From positions 1,888,001 to 1,952,000 of the forward strand of contig OZ245015.1 in NCBI GenBank assembly GCA_965223705.1: 64,000 nucleotides of DNA, in the 5' to 3' direction. The translations under genes and the position numbers were made by a program. This DNA is from Myxococcota bacterium (GTDB lineage Bacteria > Myxococcota_A > UBA9160 > UBA6930). Positions 18,322 to 27,305 of this stretch are shown one piece after another (the first letter of the stretch is position 1; each line of letters opens with the position of its first letter). Below the pieces are notes generated by a model that saw nothing but the letters and a program-made list of their open reading frames with translations, was not told the DNA's origin and did not search any database.

Positions 18322-19512
18322 ATGGCAACTTCCATCAGTCACTCGGCGCGAGCAGGGTCGCCGCTTCGCTTGGTCGCCGCGCGGCGTATCGACGAGCTGG
18401 ATACCGCGAGCTGGGACGCCGCTTTCGCTGGCCGAGGCCTTTGTGTGAGCTCTGCGCTGCGGGTTCTCGAACGGGCCTACGACGCGCCGGGTGCGCTTCC
18501 CGAACACGAGTGGCGGTTCTTCTACTTCGAAGTCTATTCGGGCGGCCGCTGCGTGCTGCGCACGTTCTTTACGAGCGCGCTGTGCAAGGAAGACATGCTC
18601 GCGCCGGCGCCGGTCTCGCGGCTCGCGGAAGAAAAGCGCGCCGACGACCCCGATTTCCTCGTCTCGCGCCTGTTCCTCATGGGAACGCTGCTCGGGGAAT
18701 GCCGACAGATGTGGTGGGACGAAGACGCCGCGTGGCGCGACGCTCTCGATCTGGTGCTCGACGCGGCGGCACAAGAAGCGGAGCGCGAGGGGGCAGCGAC
18801 CCTGGTGCTCGGTCAGTTCGCCCGCGAGGCCGAGTCGCTCGCCGAGCCCCTGATCGCCGCCGGTTTCCACCCGAGTCCGTTTCCGCGGGCCTATGACCTA
18901 CGCGGATTTTCAGTCCCGGAGACGTGGCTCGCGGGCTTGTCGCCGAAGTCGCGCCGGCACGTTCGGACCGAGGTTCTTCCCTACACCGAACAGTTCGTTG
19001 CGGAGGCGTCGCCGGCAAGTGGCGCAAGCGCCGCCGAACTCCGCTGCGCCTACGAGCTTCACCTGCGGCTCAAAGCGCGCTCGTTCGAAGTGAATGATTT
19101 CCCGCTGCCCGCATCGCTCTGGCGCGAAGCGGCCGCCCCCGGCACCGGTTTCGACTTGCTGCGTCTGCGGCGGCCCGGTGGGGAACTGCTCGCGGCGGGG
19201 TTGGGATTCGCCGAGAGCGGGGCGTACACGCCGGTGGTTCTCGGATTGGCGGCCGGGCCGCAGCGAATACCGGGTCTCTACCGACGCGCGCTCCTACAGG
19301 CGATCGAACGCGCTCGGGAGCTCCACTGTGAGGTGGTTCGTTTCGGCCCCGGGGCCGATCTCGAAAAGAGGAGAATGGGCGCCACACCCGTTCCCCTGCG
19401 CTTGTTCGTCCGCTTCCTGCAGCCCGAACGTCTCAAAGCCCTGGCGGAGCTCGTGGCCGAAACCGAGGCGCGCCGCGCGCCTTCGCTTGACAGCGCCGAC
19501 GCTCTCGCCTGA
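18322..19512 (+). CDS. GNAT/FemAB-like acyltransferase
   Basis: WLAGLSPKSRRHVR helix, LYRRALLQAIERA and the C-terminal FGPGADLEKRRMGA, all typical of Acetyltransf_6/FemAB-like GNATs. Confidence 0.75.
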   Translation: MATSISHSARAGSPLRLVAARRIDELDTASWDAAFAGRGLCVSSALRVLERAYDAPGALPEHEWRFFYFEVYSGGRCVLRTFFTSALCKEDMLAPAPVSRLAEEKRADDPDFLVSRLFLMGTLLGECRQMWWDEDAAWRDALDLVLDAAAQEAEREGAATLVLGQFAREAESLAEPLIAAGFHPSPFPRAYDLRGFSVPETWLAGLSPKSRRHVRTEVLPYTEQFVAEASPASGASAAELRCAYELHLRLKARSFEVNDFPLPASLWREAAAPGTGFDLLRLRRPGGELLAAGLGFAESGAYTPVVLGLAAGPQRIPGLYRRALLQAIERARELHCEVVRFGPGADLEKRRMGATPVPLRLFVRFLQPERLKALAELVAETEARRAPSLDSADALA

Positions 19513-19544
19513 AGCTTCCTTCTGACAACCCTCAAGGAGACTCT

Positions 19545-20441
19545 ATGTCGCAAGCACAGCTAGATCAGGTGATCGAGGACGTCGTCGCCACGTTCTCGTC
19601 ATGGGGTCCGGACACCACCCTCGACGAAATGCGCGCGGGTTGGGACGGAATTTTTGCCGATGTCGTTCCCTCGGTGGGCGCGAGCTCCGAAGCGGTCGAC
19701 GCCGGTGGCGTCAAAGCCGAATGGATCACCGCGCCGGGCGCCGCACCGGACCGGGTGATCCTCTACCTGCACGGCGGCGGCTACGTCCTCGGATCGATCG
19801 ACTCCCACCGCGACCTTTGCGAACGCTACTCCCGAGCGGCGAGCGCGCGCGTCCTGGCCCTCGACTATCGGCTCGCTCCAGAGAACCCGTTCCCGGCCGC
19901 AGTGGACGATGCGACGGCGGCGTACCGCTGGCTCCTCGACCAGGGGATCGCGCCCGCGCATATCGCGATCGCCGGCGACTCGGCGGGCGGCGGCTTGACC
20001 TTTGCCACGCTCGTCGCACTGCGCGACGCCGGTACTCCGTTGCCCGCTTGTGCGACGCCCATCTCACCGTGGGTCGACCTCGAGGCCACGGGTGACAGCA
20101 TGGCGCTTCGCGCCGACGTCGATCCGATGGTCCAGAAGGAGATGATCCAGCAGATGGGTCACACCTACACGGCGGGCGGCGACCTGCGCAACCCGTTGGC
20201 GGCGCCCCTCCACGCGGATCTCAGCGGTCTGCCGCCGTTGCTGATCCATGTCGGATCCCGCGAGACGCTCCACGATGACGCGGCTCGCATGGCCGAGAAG
20301 GCGAGGGCCGCCGGCGTCGATGTCGAGCTCGACGTGTGGGACGGGCAAATCCACGTGTGGCACGTCTTCGCAAGTCGGCTCGACGAAGGCGAAGAAGCGA
20401 TTCAGCAGCTCGGCGCTTTCGTGCGCAAGCACACGACGTAA
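19545..20441 (+). CDS. HSL-family alpha/beta hydrolase (esterase)
   Basis: HGGGY, DYRLAPE.PFPA, GDSAGG and HVW motifs. AAGGAG RBS. Confidence 0.93.
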   Translation: MSQAQLDQVIEDVVATFSSWGPDTTLDEMRAGWDGIFADVVPSVGASSEAVDAGGVKAEWITAPGAAPDRVILYLHGGGYVLGSIDSHRDLCERYSRAASARVLALDYRLAPENPFPAAVDDATAAYRWLLDQGIAPAHIAIAGDSAGGGLTFATLVALRDAGTPLPACATPISPWVDLEATGDSMALRADVDPMVQKEMIQQMGHTYTAGGDLRNPLAAPLHADLSGLPPLLIHVGSRETLHDDAARMAEKARAAGVDVELDVWDGQIHVWHVFASRLDEGEEAIQQLGAFVRKHTT

Positions 20442-20474
20442 GCGCCAACCGTTTCGCGCAAGCACACGACGTAA
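20423..20474. repeat. 19-bp direct repeat duplicating the esterase 3' end
   Basis: GCGCAAGCACACGACGTAA at 20423-20441 and 20456-20474. Confidence 0.85.
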
Positions 20475-20488
20475 CCGTCGTCCGGTTT

Positions 20489-20515
20489 CGCGCGGGGCGC
20501 CCGTCGCCCCGCGCG
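20489..20515. terminator. Strong hairpin between convergent genes
   Basis: Perfect 11-bp stem CGCGCGGGGCG/CGCCCCGCGCG with a 5-nt loop. No U-tract. Confidence 0.5.
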
Positions 20516-21613
20516 CTACAGCTCCCGCAACCCCGAGCCCGGCTTTACCAACACCTTGGCGTGTCGCTCGGGATTCCCCAGCGCGGAAAACGCTTCGGCG
20601 ACGTGCTCGAGGTCGACCCGCCCCGTGATCAGGGGAGCGACGTCGATCTCGCCCTCCGCGATATGTCGCAGGGTCCTTTCGAATTCTTCCGCGCTGTAGC
20701 CGAGTACGTACTGCAGGTTGAGCTCCTTGTTGATCGCGTACATCGGCTCGAAGTGATCGCGCTCCATACAGACGCCCGCGACCACAATCCGCGCGCCCGA
20801 GGGCGCCTGCGTGACGATCTCGTCGAGGACGCCCGGAACGCCGACGCATTCGAAGATGACGGCGGGACGCAGGAGCGGTCCGGTGACCCACGGCGGCGGT
20901 GCCGGCGCATCCGCGGGGTCGGGCCAGGGCGCCCGGGCCGCCCATGCTTCGTACGGAGAATTCGCGCGCGGGTCGACGACTTCGTCGGCACCCATGGCAA
21001 TCGCCAATTCGCGCCGCCTCGGCGAGTAGTCCGCGGCGACGATCGGACCCGCGCCGGCCAGCTTCAGTGCCGCGACGACGGAGAGGCCCACGGGTCCACA
21101 GCCCACGACGAGCGGGACGTCGTGCCGTTCGAGGCGGGCCTTCTCCACGGCGTGCACGCCGACCGCCAGAGGCTCGGTGAGCGCGGCGTGTTCTGGTGCC
21201 AACCCGTTCGGCACCGGAAGTAGGAGCGATTCCATGAGCCGCATCGACTCACCGTAGCCGCCGGGGTGGTCGTTCGAGTAGCCGACGGTCGAGAGCGCGC
21301 TCGAGCGGAGCAGCAGAGGCATGGAACACACCGCGCTTCCGGTCTTGATCCGGCGCTGGGTGTCGGGGCCGTAGTCGAGCACCTCCGCGCAAAACTCGTG
21401 TCCCATGACGACGCCGCGGTCGAGGTCCATGTCGAATACTCCCCCACAACGCCGCCCGACTTCGACGAGTTTCTCGGTGTGCACCAGAGCGTGGAGGTCC
21501 GAGCCGCAGATGCCACACGCCAATGTCTTGACCAAGACCTCGCCAGGTCCCGGGTCGGGTGTCGCGATGTCTCGAACTTCGAGTTCATGGTTTTGCATAA
21601 CCACTGCGCGCAT
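20516..21613 (-). CDS. Zinc-binding (MDR) dehydrogenase
   Basis: CGICGSDLH, GHE, EPLAVG.H and GCGPVG motifs. Confidence 0.92.
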   Translation of the reverse strand: MRAVVMQNHELEVRDIATPDPGPGEVLVKTLACGICGSDLHALVHTEKLVEVGRRCGGVFDMDLDRGVVMGHEFCAEVLDYGPDTQRRIKTGSAVCSMPLLLRSSALSTVGYSNDHPGGYGESMRLMESLLLPVPNGLAPEHAALTEPLAVGVHAVEKARLERHDVPLVVGCGPVGLSVVAALKLAGAGPIVAADYSPRRRELAIAMGADEVVDPRANSPYEAWAARAPWPDPADAPAPPPWVTGPLLRPAVIFECVGVPGVLDEIVTQAPSGARIVVAGVCMERDHFEPMYAINKELNLQYVLGYSAEEFERTLRHIAEGEIDVAPLITGRVDLEHVAEAFSALGNPERHAKVLVKPGSGLREL

Positions 21614-21635
21614 ACGTCCTCCGGTCGCCTTCCTC

Positions 21636-21644
21636 TGATAGACT
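21636..21644 (+). promoter_or_regulatory. Extended -10 element, probably driving a leaderless transcript
   Basis: TGaTAGACT ends 7 nt before ATG 21652. Confidence 0.45.
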
Positions 21645-21651
21645 GGGAACT

Positions 21652-22404
21652 ATGCCGGAAAACACGACGGAACGCGTCGCTTTCGTGACGGGCGGAGGCG
21701 GCGGTATCGGCGGTGCCATTTGCGACGCATTGGCGGCGGACGGTCACCGGGTCGCGGTAGCGGACCTCGCGCTTGAGAATGCCGAGGCCGTCGCTAAGCG
21801 ATGCGGCGGTCTTGCCGTCCATCTGGACGTGGCCGACGCCGAATCCCTCGAGCGCGCGGCGGAGTCGGTCGAGGCGCAACTGGGAGCGGTCGACATCCTG
21901 GTCAACTGCGCGGGCTGGGACCGCTTCATGCCGTTCCTCGATACGGACGACGCATTCAGTGATCGCGTCCTGGCCATCAACCTCGCCGGGCCGATTCGCA
22001 TCACGCGCCGGTTCCTGCGCGGCATGGTCGAGCGCCGCTACGGGCGGGTGGTGAACGTCGCATCCGATGCCGGGCGCGTCGGCTCCTCCCTCGAGGCGGT
22101 CTACTCCGGCGCCAAAGGCGGGCTCATCGCGTTCACGAAAACGGTTGCGCGCGAATCGGCGAGCCGCGGAGTGACGGCGAACTGTGTCTGCCCGGGCCCG
22201 ACAGACACCCCTCTCCTCCGGGAGATTATCGGCGAAGGTGAGCGCTCCGATCGCGTGATGCAGGCGATCGTGCAAGCCGTGCCGATGAAACGTCTCGGTG
22301 AACCCGCCGATCTGGCGCCGGCCGTCGCGTTCTTGGCTTCGGACGGGGCGGCTTTCATCACCGGCCAGACGCTCTCGGTGAGCGGCGGCTTGACGATGTC
22401 CTAG
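21652..22404 (+). CDS. SDR, BadH (2-hydroxycyclohexanecarboxyl-CoA dehydrogenase)-like
   Basis: TGGGGGIG, NCAGWD, ASDAGRVGSSLEAVYSGAKGG and CPGPTDTPL motifs. Confidence 0.85.
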   Translation: MPENTTERVAFVTGGGGGIGGAICDALAADGHRVAVADLALENAEAVAKRCGGLAVHLDVADAESLERAAESVEAQLGAVDILVNCAGWDRFMPFLDTDDAFSDRVLAINLAGPIRITRRFLRGMVERRYGRVVNVASDAGRVGSSLEAVYSGAKGGLIAFTKTVARESASRGVTANCVCPGPTDTPLLREIIGEGERSDRVMQAIVQAVPMKRLGEPADLAPAVAFLASDGAAFITGQTLSVSGGLTMS

Positions 22405-22412
22405 GCCGGTTC

Positions 22413-23642
22413 ATGGCTCACCGACCGTCCGACCCGTTTGTCAGTGCCTACCTCGAGCCGCCGAAGGAATCGCTCGTCTGCGCGCCGCTCCTTCCGGCCA
22501 TCGCGGCACAAGCGGCCGAAGCGGATCGCACGCGGAGCGTGTCCTCCGACGTGATCGCAGAGATCAAAGCGTCGGATCTGATGCAAATGAGCGCATCACG
22601 CGAGCTCGGCGGCGGCGAAGCGACCGTTGCGGCCATCGCCGATGAACTCGAAGCCGTCGCAGGTTGCTGTTCGTCGACGTCGTGGTGCCTCTGGAATCAC
22701 TTGTGCGTGTTCCATTTTTATTGCGGCACCCTCGGGCCTTCGGGGAAGAACCTGCTCGCCGGAATTACGGCCGCCCGAGAATGGGTGAGCTTGCCCGCGG
22801 GAGCGGGCAGCCAAGTGATCGGCCGCCGCGACGGCGACGATTGGGTGATCAGCGGAAGCGCGTCGTTCGCTTCCGGCGCTCGCTACGGCGAGTGGGCCGG
22901 TGTGGTCTTCACCGATGACGGGGGGACCGGGGCCAAGGGAAGCGCTCCCGAACTCCTATTCGGAGTGGTTCGGACCGATCAGCCCGGCGTGCGCGTCGAA
23001 GCGACGTGGAACGGCTCGGCGCTGCGCGCTTCCGCGACGGATCACATCCACTACGAAGACGCGCGGATCCCGCCCGAGGCGCAAGGGCGCTGGCTCGACG
23101 AGTACCGCAAGACCTATCGCCGTTCGGACTACGCGGTCTTCTCCGAGCGCTACCGTGAAGACTGGGTCGGTTTGTCCGACCTGTGGTTGGGCGCCCAGGC
23201 CGTGGGATGCGCTCACGCGGCACTCGACGACGTGGCGAGCAGCGTGCGCAACCGCATCGCCATTTTCGGCGTCAAGATGTCCGAACGTCCGATGGTCCAG
23301 GTGAACCTCGGACAGGCCGCCGCGAAAATCGCCAGCGCGCGGAGTGTCGTCCAGACGGGCTGTCGCGAGACCGACGAACGGATTCACGCGGGCGTCGCGC
23401 CGACGGAAGCGGACTACCTGCGGCAGCTTTCTCTCTCGATGGCCGCGCTCGAGCTCTGCGACGACGCGATGAAGCTCCTGCTGCGCGTCCTCGGCGGCAA
23501 CGGGCTCCGCGAGGGCAACGATTTCGAGCGTCGCTACCGCGACATGCAGGCGATGCCGCTTCACATCAACGCTCACCGGGATCGCGTCTCCGAGCAGCTG
23601 GGTCGCCACGTGCTCGGGCTCGATACCGACAACCCATTCTGA
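22413..23642 (+). CDS. ACAD-fold flavin-dependent monooxygenase (HsaA/DszC-like)
   Basis: W.ISGSASFASG, W...ALRASATD and FERRYRDMQ motifs. Lacks the TEP.AGSD motif of true acyl-CoA dehydrogenases. Confidence 0.7.
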   Translation: MAHRPSDPFVSAYLEPPKESLVCAPLLPAIAAQAAEADRTRSVSSDVIAEIKASDLMQMSASRELGGGEATVAAIADELEAVAGCCSSTSWCLWNHLCVFHFYCGTLGPSGKNLLAGITAAREWVSLPAGAGSQVIGRRDGDDWVISGSASFASGARYGEWAGVVFTDDGGTGAKGSAPELLFGVVRTDQPGVRVEATWNGSALRASATDHIHYEDARIPPEAQGRWLDEYRKTYRRSDYAVFSERYREDWVGLSDLWLGAQAVGCAHAALDDVASSVRNRIAIFGVKMSERPMVQVNLGQAAAKIASARSVVQTGCRETDERIHAGVAPTEADYLRQLSLSMAALELCDDAMKLLLRVLGGNGLREGNDFERRYRDMQAMPLHINAHRDRVSEQLGRHVLGLDTDNPF

Positions 23643-23654
23643 GCCCAAAGGACT

Positions 23655-25256
23655 ATGCAGAGAATCGAAACGGCCCTGGATATCAACGGCCGCGCGTTTC
23701 GCGAGAACCGTGAGGCGAGCGAGACGCGCAACGCCACCCTTCGAGAGCGACTGCAGCACGTCGTTTCAGGCGGACGTGCGAGGTCCATCGAGCGTCACAA
23801 GAGCCGCGGCAAGATCATGGTCCGCGACCGCATCGACATGGTGGTCGACCCGGACAGCGCCTTTCTCGAGCTGTCGAGCTTGGCGGGTTTCGGTCAGTAC
23901 GGCGACGAGGCTCCCGGCGCCGCCATCGTGACCGGCATCGGCGTCGTGCACGGAACGCCCTGCATGTTCATCGCGAACGACGCGACCGTGAAAGGCGGAT
24001 CGCTACTCCCGGCATCGATCAAGAAGCACGTTCGCGCTCAGGAGATCGCCCTCGAGAACGAGCTTCCGACGCTCTACCTCGTCGATAGTGGGGGCGCCTT
24101 CCTGCCGCTGCAGGACGAAGTCTTCCCCGACAAGGACCACTTCGGCGGCACGTTCTATCAACAAGCCCGGATGTCGGCAGCTGGCCTGCCGCAGATCTCG
24201 GTCGTCCTCGGCGGGTGCACCGCCGGCGGCGCCTACGTGCCGGCGCTGTCCGACGAAGTTGTCATCGTGAAGGGGATCGGTCGGATCTTCCTGGGCGGAC
24301 CGCCCATCGTAAAAGCGGCGCTCAACGAAATCGTCGACGCGGAGACGCTGGGCGGAGCGGACGTGCACACCCTCGAATCCGGGGTCGCCGACTACGTCGC
24401 GTACGATGAGGCGGAGGCGTACGGAAAAGTCCGCGACCTCGTGAAGCACCTGAATCGGCCGCGCGGGAACTTCGTCACGCCTCGCGAAGCGAAGCCGCCG
24501 CGGTACGCGCCGGAGGAGCTCGGCGGCGTCATCAGTGCCGACCCCCGAATCCCGTTCGACGTGAAGGAGATCATCGCGCGCATCGTGGACGATTCGGAGT
24601 TTCAAGAATGGAAGCCGCGCTATGGCACGTCCATCGTCTGCGGCACGGCCTGGATCCACGGGTATCCCGTCGGGATCATCGGAAACAACGGCATCATTTT
24701 CTCGGAGGCCGCGCTCAAAGCGACCCACTTCATCGAAATGTGCAATCAGCGCGAGATCCCGCTGTTGTTCCTGCAGAACACCACGGGGTACATGGTGGGA
24801 AAGGACGCCGAGGCCGGCGGCATCGCGAAGGATGGCGCGAAGATGGTCGCCGCGGTCGCCAACAGCACGGTCCCGAAGTTCACCGTGCTCGTCGGAGGCT
24901 CCTACGGCGCGGGCAACTACGGGATGTGCGGTCGTGGCTTCCGACCGCGATTTCTCTTCTCGTGGCCGAACGCGCGGATCGCGACGATGAGCGCCGAGAC
25001 CGCTGAAACGGTACTGGTCGATATCCGCCTCGGGGGTCTCAAGGCGGAGGAGACGAGCGAAGACCAGATCGAGGCGCTGCGCGCCGAAGTGCGCGACCAG
25101 TACGAGACCCAGTCGGATCCCTACTACGCGACCTCGCGTATCTGGGACGACGGACTCATAGAACCGGCACAAACCCGCGACGTGATCGGCCTTTGCCTGG
25201 CCCTGGCGGCGGGGCAGGAGCCGACACCCGGGCGCTACCGCGTCTTCCGGATGTAG
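23655..25256 (+). CDS. Acyl-CoA carboxylase carboxyltransferase subunit (methylcrotonyl/geranyl-CoA type)
   Basis: ANDATVKGG, LVDSGGAFLPLQDEVFPD, CTAGGAYVP and GSYGAGNYGMCGR motifs. Confidence 0.92.
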   Translation: MQRIETALDINGRAFRENREASETRNATLRERLQHVVSGGRARSIERHKSRGKIMVRDRIDMVVDPDSAFLELSSLAGFGQYGDEAPGAAIVTGIGVVHGTPCMFIANDATVKGGSLLPASIKKHVRAQEIALENELPTLYLVDSGGAFLPLQDEVFPDKDHFGGTFYQQARMSAAGLPQISVVLGGCTAGGAYVPALSDEVVIVKGIGRIFLGGPPIVKAALNEIVDAETLGGADVHTLESGVADYVAYDEAEAYGKVRDLVKHLNRPRGNFVTPREAKPPRYAPEELGGVISADPRIPFDVKEIIARIVDDSEFQEWKPRYGTSIVCGTAWIHGYPVGIIGNNGIIFSEAALKATHFIEMCNQREIPLLFLQNTTGYMVGKDAEAGGIAKDGAKMVAAVANSTVPKFTVLVGGSYGAGNYGMCGRGFRPRFLFSWPNARIATMSAETAETVLVDIRLGGLKAEETSEDQIEALRAEVRDQYETQSDPYYATSRIWDDGLIEPAQTRDVIGLCLALAAGQEPTPGRYRVFRM

Positions 25257-25258
25257 CG

Positions 25259-27223
25259 ATGATCGAGTCGCTTCTCATCGCCAACCGCGGGGAAATCGCG
25301 GTACGGATCATCGAAACCTGCCGCCGTCTCGGCATCCGTTCGGTCGCCGTCTATTCCGACGCCGATCGCGAAGCGCTCCACGCACGAAGTGCGGACGCCG
25401 CCGTCGGCATCGGGCCGCCGCCGGCCGCGGAGAGTTATCTCGATCCGGAGCGACTGCTTCGCGCGGCCGCCGTCGCCGACGTCGAAGCGGTGCATCCGGG
25501 CTACGGATTCTTGTCGGAGAACGCGGCTTTCGCCGAGGCCGTCGTCGCGGCGGGACTCACCTGGGTGGGGCCCCATCCCGAAGCGATGCGCCGGATGGCC
25601 TCGAAGATCGAGGCTCGAAAACTCGCCGAAGAGCTCGGCATTCCGATCATTCCAGGGACCGACGACGTCAAAGATCCCGCGCTGTGGTCGCGCGCCGCAG
25701 AATCGGTCGGCTTTCCCCTGATGATCAAGGCGAGCGCGGGAGGGGGGGGCCGCGGCATCCGCATTGTTCACGCCGCCGGCGACCTCGAGAGCTCCGCGAA
25801 GCAAGCCCGTGCGGAGGCCGAGGCGGCTTTCGGCGACGGGCGGCTGATCTTCGAGCGTTACGTCGCGGTGCCTCGCCACGTCGAAGTGCAGGTTCTGGGA
25901 GACCGCCACGGGAACGCCGTCCACCTGTTCGAACGAGAGTGCTCGATCCAGCGCCGCCACCAAAAGGTCGTCGAGGAGGCGCCGGCTGCGTACCTGACGG
26001 AAGATCAGCGCGCCGCACTGTACGGCCACGCGCTGCGCCTCTGCGAGGCGATCGGCTACGACTCTGCCGGGACCGTCGAGTTCTTGATCGATTCCGAATC
26101 GGGTGACGTCTTCTTTCTCGAGATGAACACCCGGCTTCAGGTCGAGCACCCGGTGACGGAGTGTGTGACGGGTGTCGATCTCGTGGCGTTGCAGCTGCGG
26201 AGTGCTTCGGGAGAGGTGCTTCCCATGAGGCAAGAGGATCTTCGCGTCGAAGGTTCCTCGATCGAAGTGCGCGTCAACGCAGAGGATCCGGATCGCGGCT
26301 TCCTACCCCAGACCGGTCGGATCTGGGCCTATCGGCCGCCGCCCGGTGCGCGCCTCGACAGCGGCGTGGCGTCCGGCAGCGAGATTCCCCAGCACTACGA
26401 TTCGCTGCTCGCGAAGTTGATCGTGCACGGTGCGGATCGCGATGCGGCGTGCGGCAAGCTCGCGCGCGCGTTGACCGAGACCGTGCTCGCTGGCGTGACC
26501 ACGAACTTGGGGTATTTGCAACGCCTGGTTCGGTTGCCGGCGTTTCGCACCGGGCGTCTGTCGACGCGTTTCCTCGAAGACAACGAAGCGGCGCTCTCTG
26601 CGGCGGGGAAGGGGCTTCCCGCCCCGGTGTTCGCCGCCTTGGCCCTCTCGACGCCGTCGGGCCCGTCGGCGGGCTCGCCGTGGCAAGCCCTCGGTCGCTG
26701 GCGCTTGCTGGCAGAAGCCGGCCATCCCGGCGTGACACGCTGGTTCCTCGAGGGAGCGGACGGCGTCGAAGAAGTCGAGATCGAGGGCGAGATCGCGCGG
26801 CACCGTGGCCGGACGTACGACGTCGAAGCTTCGTGGCTCGGCGAAGATCAGCTCTCGGTGACCTGGGACGGTGTGCGCCACCGCGTGGCCGTCGCGCGGG
26901 CGATGGACCACATCGAGGTCACCGCCCCCGACGTGCGCGCCGCGTTTCGGATCGTGCCGGCCGAAGAAGTGTGGGCCCGCCGCTCAGGGGGCTCGACCGG
27001 CGAGGCCGAAGGCATCGTCGCGCCGTTCCCGGGCCTCGTCACGGAAGTCCGGGTCGCCGCCGGTGACCACGTCGAAGAAGGTTCGGTCGTGGTCGTTCTC
27101 GAGGCGATGAAAATGATGCACAACCTGGTCGCGAGCGGCGCGGGCGAGGTCGACGCCGTGCTGTGCGAGGTCGGCGCGTCCGTCGAGGGCGGCCAGGTCT
27201 TGGTGCGCTTTACCGACGCTTGA
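25259..27223 (+). CDS. Acyl-CoA carboxylase biotin carboxylase/BCCP subunit
   Basis: LIANRGEIA, HPGYGFLSEN, GGGGRG, EMNTRLQVEHPVTE and the EAMKM biotinylation motif. Confidence 0.93.
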   Translation: MIESLLIANRGEIAVRIIETCRRLGIRSVAVYSDADREALHARSADAAVGIGPPPAAESYLDPERLLRAAAVADVEAVHPGYGFLSENAAFAEAVVAAGLTWVGPHPEAMRRMASKIEARKLAEELGIPIIPGTDDVKDPALWSRAAESVGFPLMIKASAGGGGRGIRIVHAAGDLESSAKQARAEAEAAFGDGRLIFERYVAVPRHVEVQVLGDRHGNAVHLFERECSIQRRHQKVVEEAPAAYLTEDQRAALYGHALRLCEAIGYDSAGTVEFLIDSESGDVFFLEMNTRLQVEHPVTECVTGVDLVALQLRSASGEVLPMRQEDLRVEGSSIEVRVNAEDPDRGFLPQTGRIWAYRPPPGARLDSGVASGSEIPQHYDSLLAKLIVHGADRDAACGKLARALTETVLAGVTTNLGYLQRLVRLPAFRTGRLSTRFLEDNEAALSAAGKGLPAPVFAALALSTPSGPSAGSPWQALGRWRLLAEAGHPGVTRWFLEGADGVEEVEIEGEIARHRGRTYDVEASWLGEDQLSVTWDGVRHRVAVARAMDHIEVTAPDVRAAFRIVPAEEVWARRSGGSTGEAEGIVAPFPGLVTEVRVAAGDHVEEGSVVVVLEAMKMMHNLVASGAGEVDAVLCEVGASVEGGQVLVRFTDA

Positions 27224-27305
27224 TGGCAGCGGGAGCTTGCTAGCCTCAGCCGGTGTCTAACGGCGAGTAGGCATGCCGAAGGGCATGGGATAGGGGGACG
27301 CAACT

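Noticed and set aside
20423..20474. Direct repeats as CRISPR remnants (also 50999-51074)
   Set aside because: Only two copies each, no spacer series and no cas genes.
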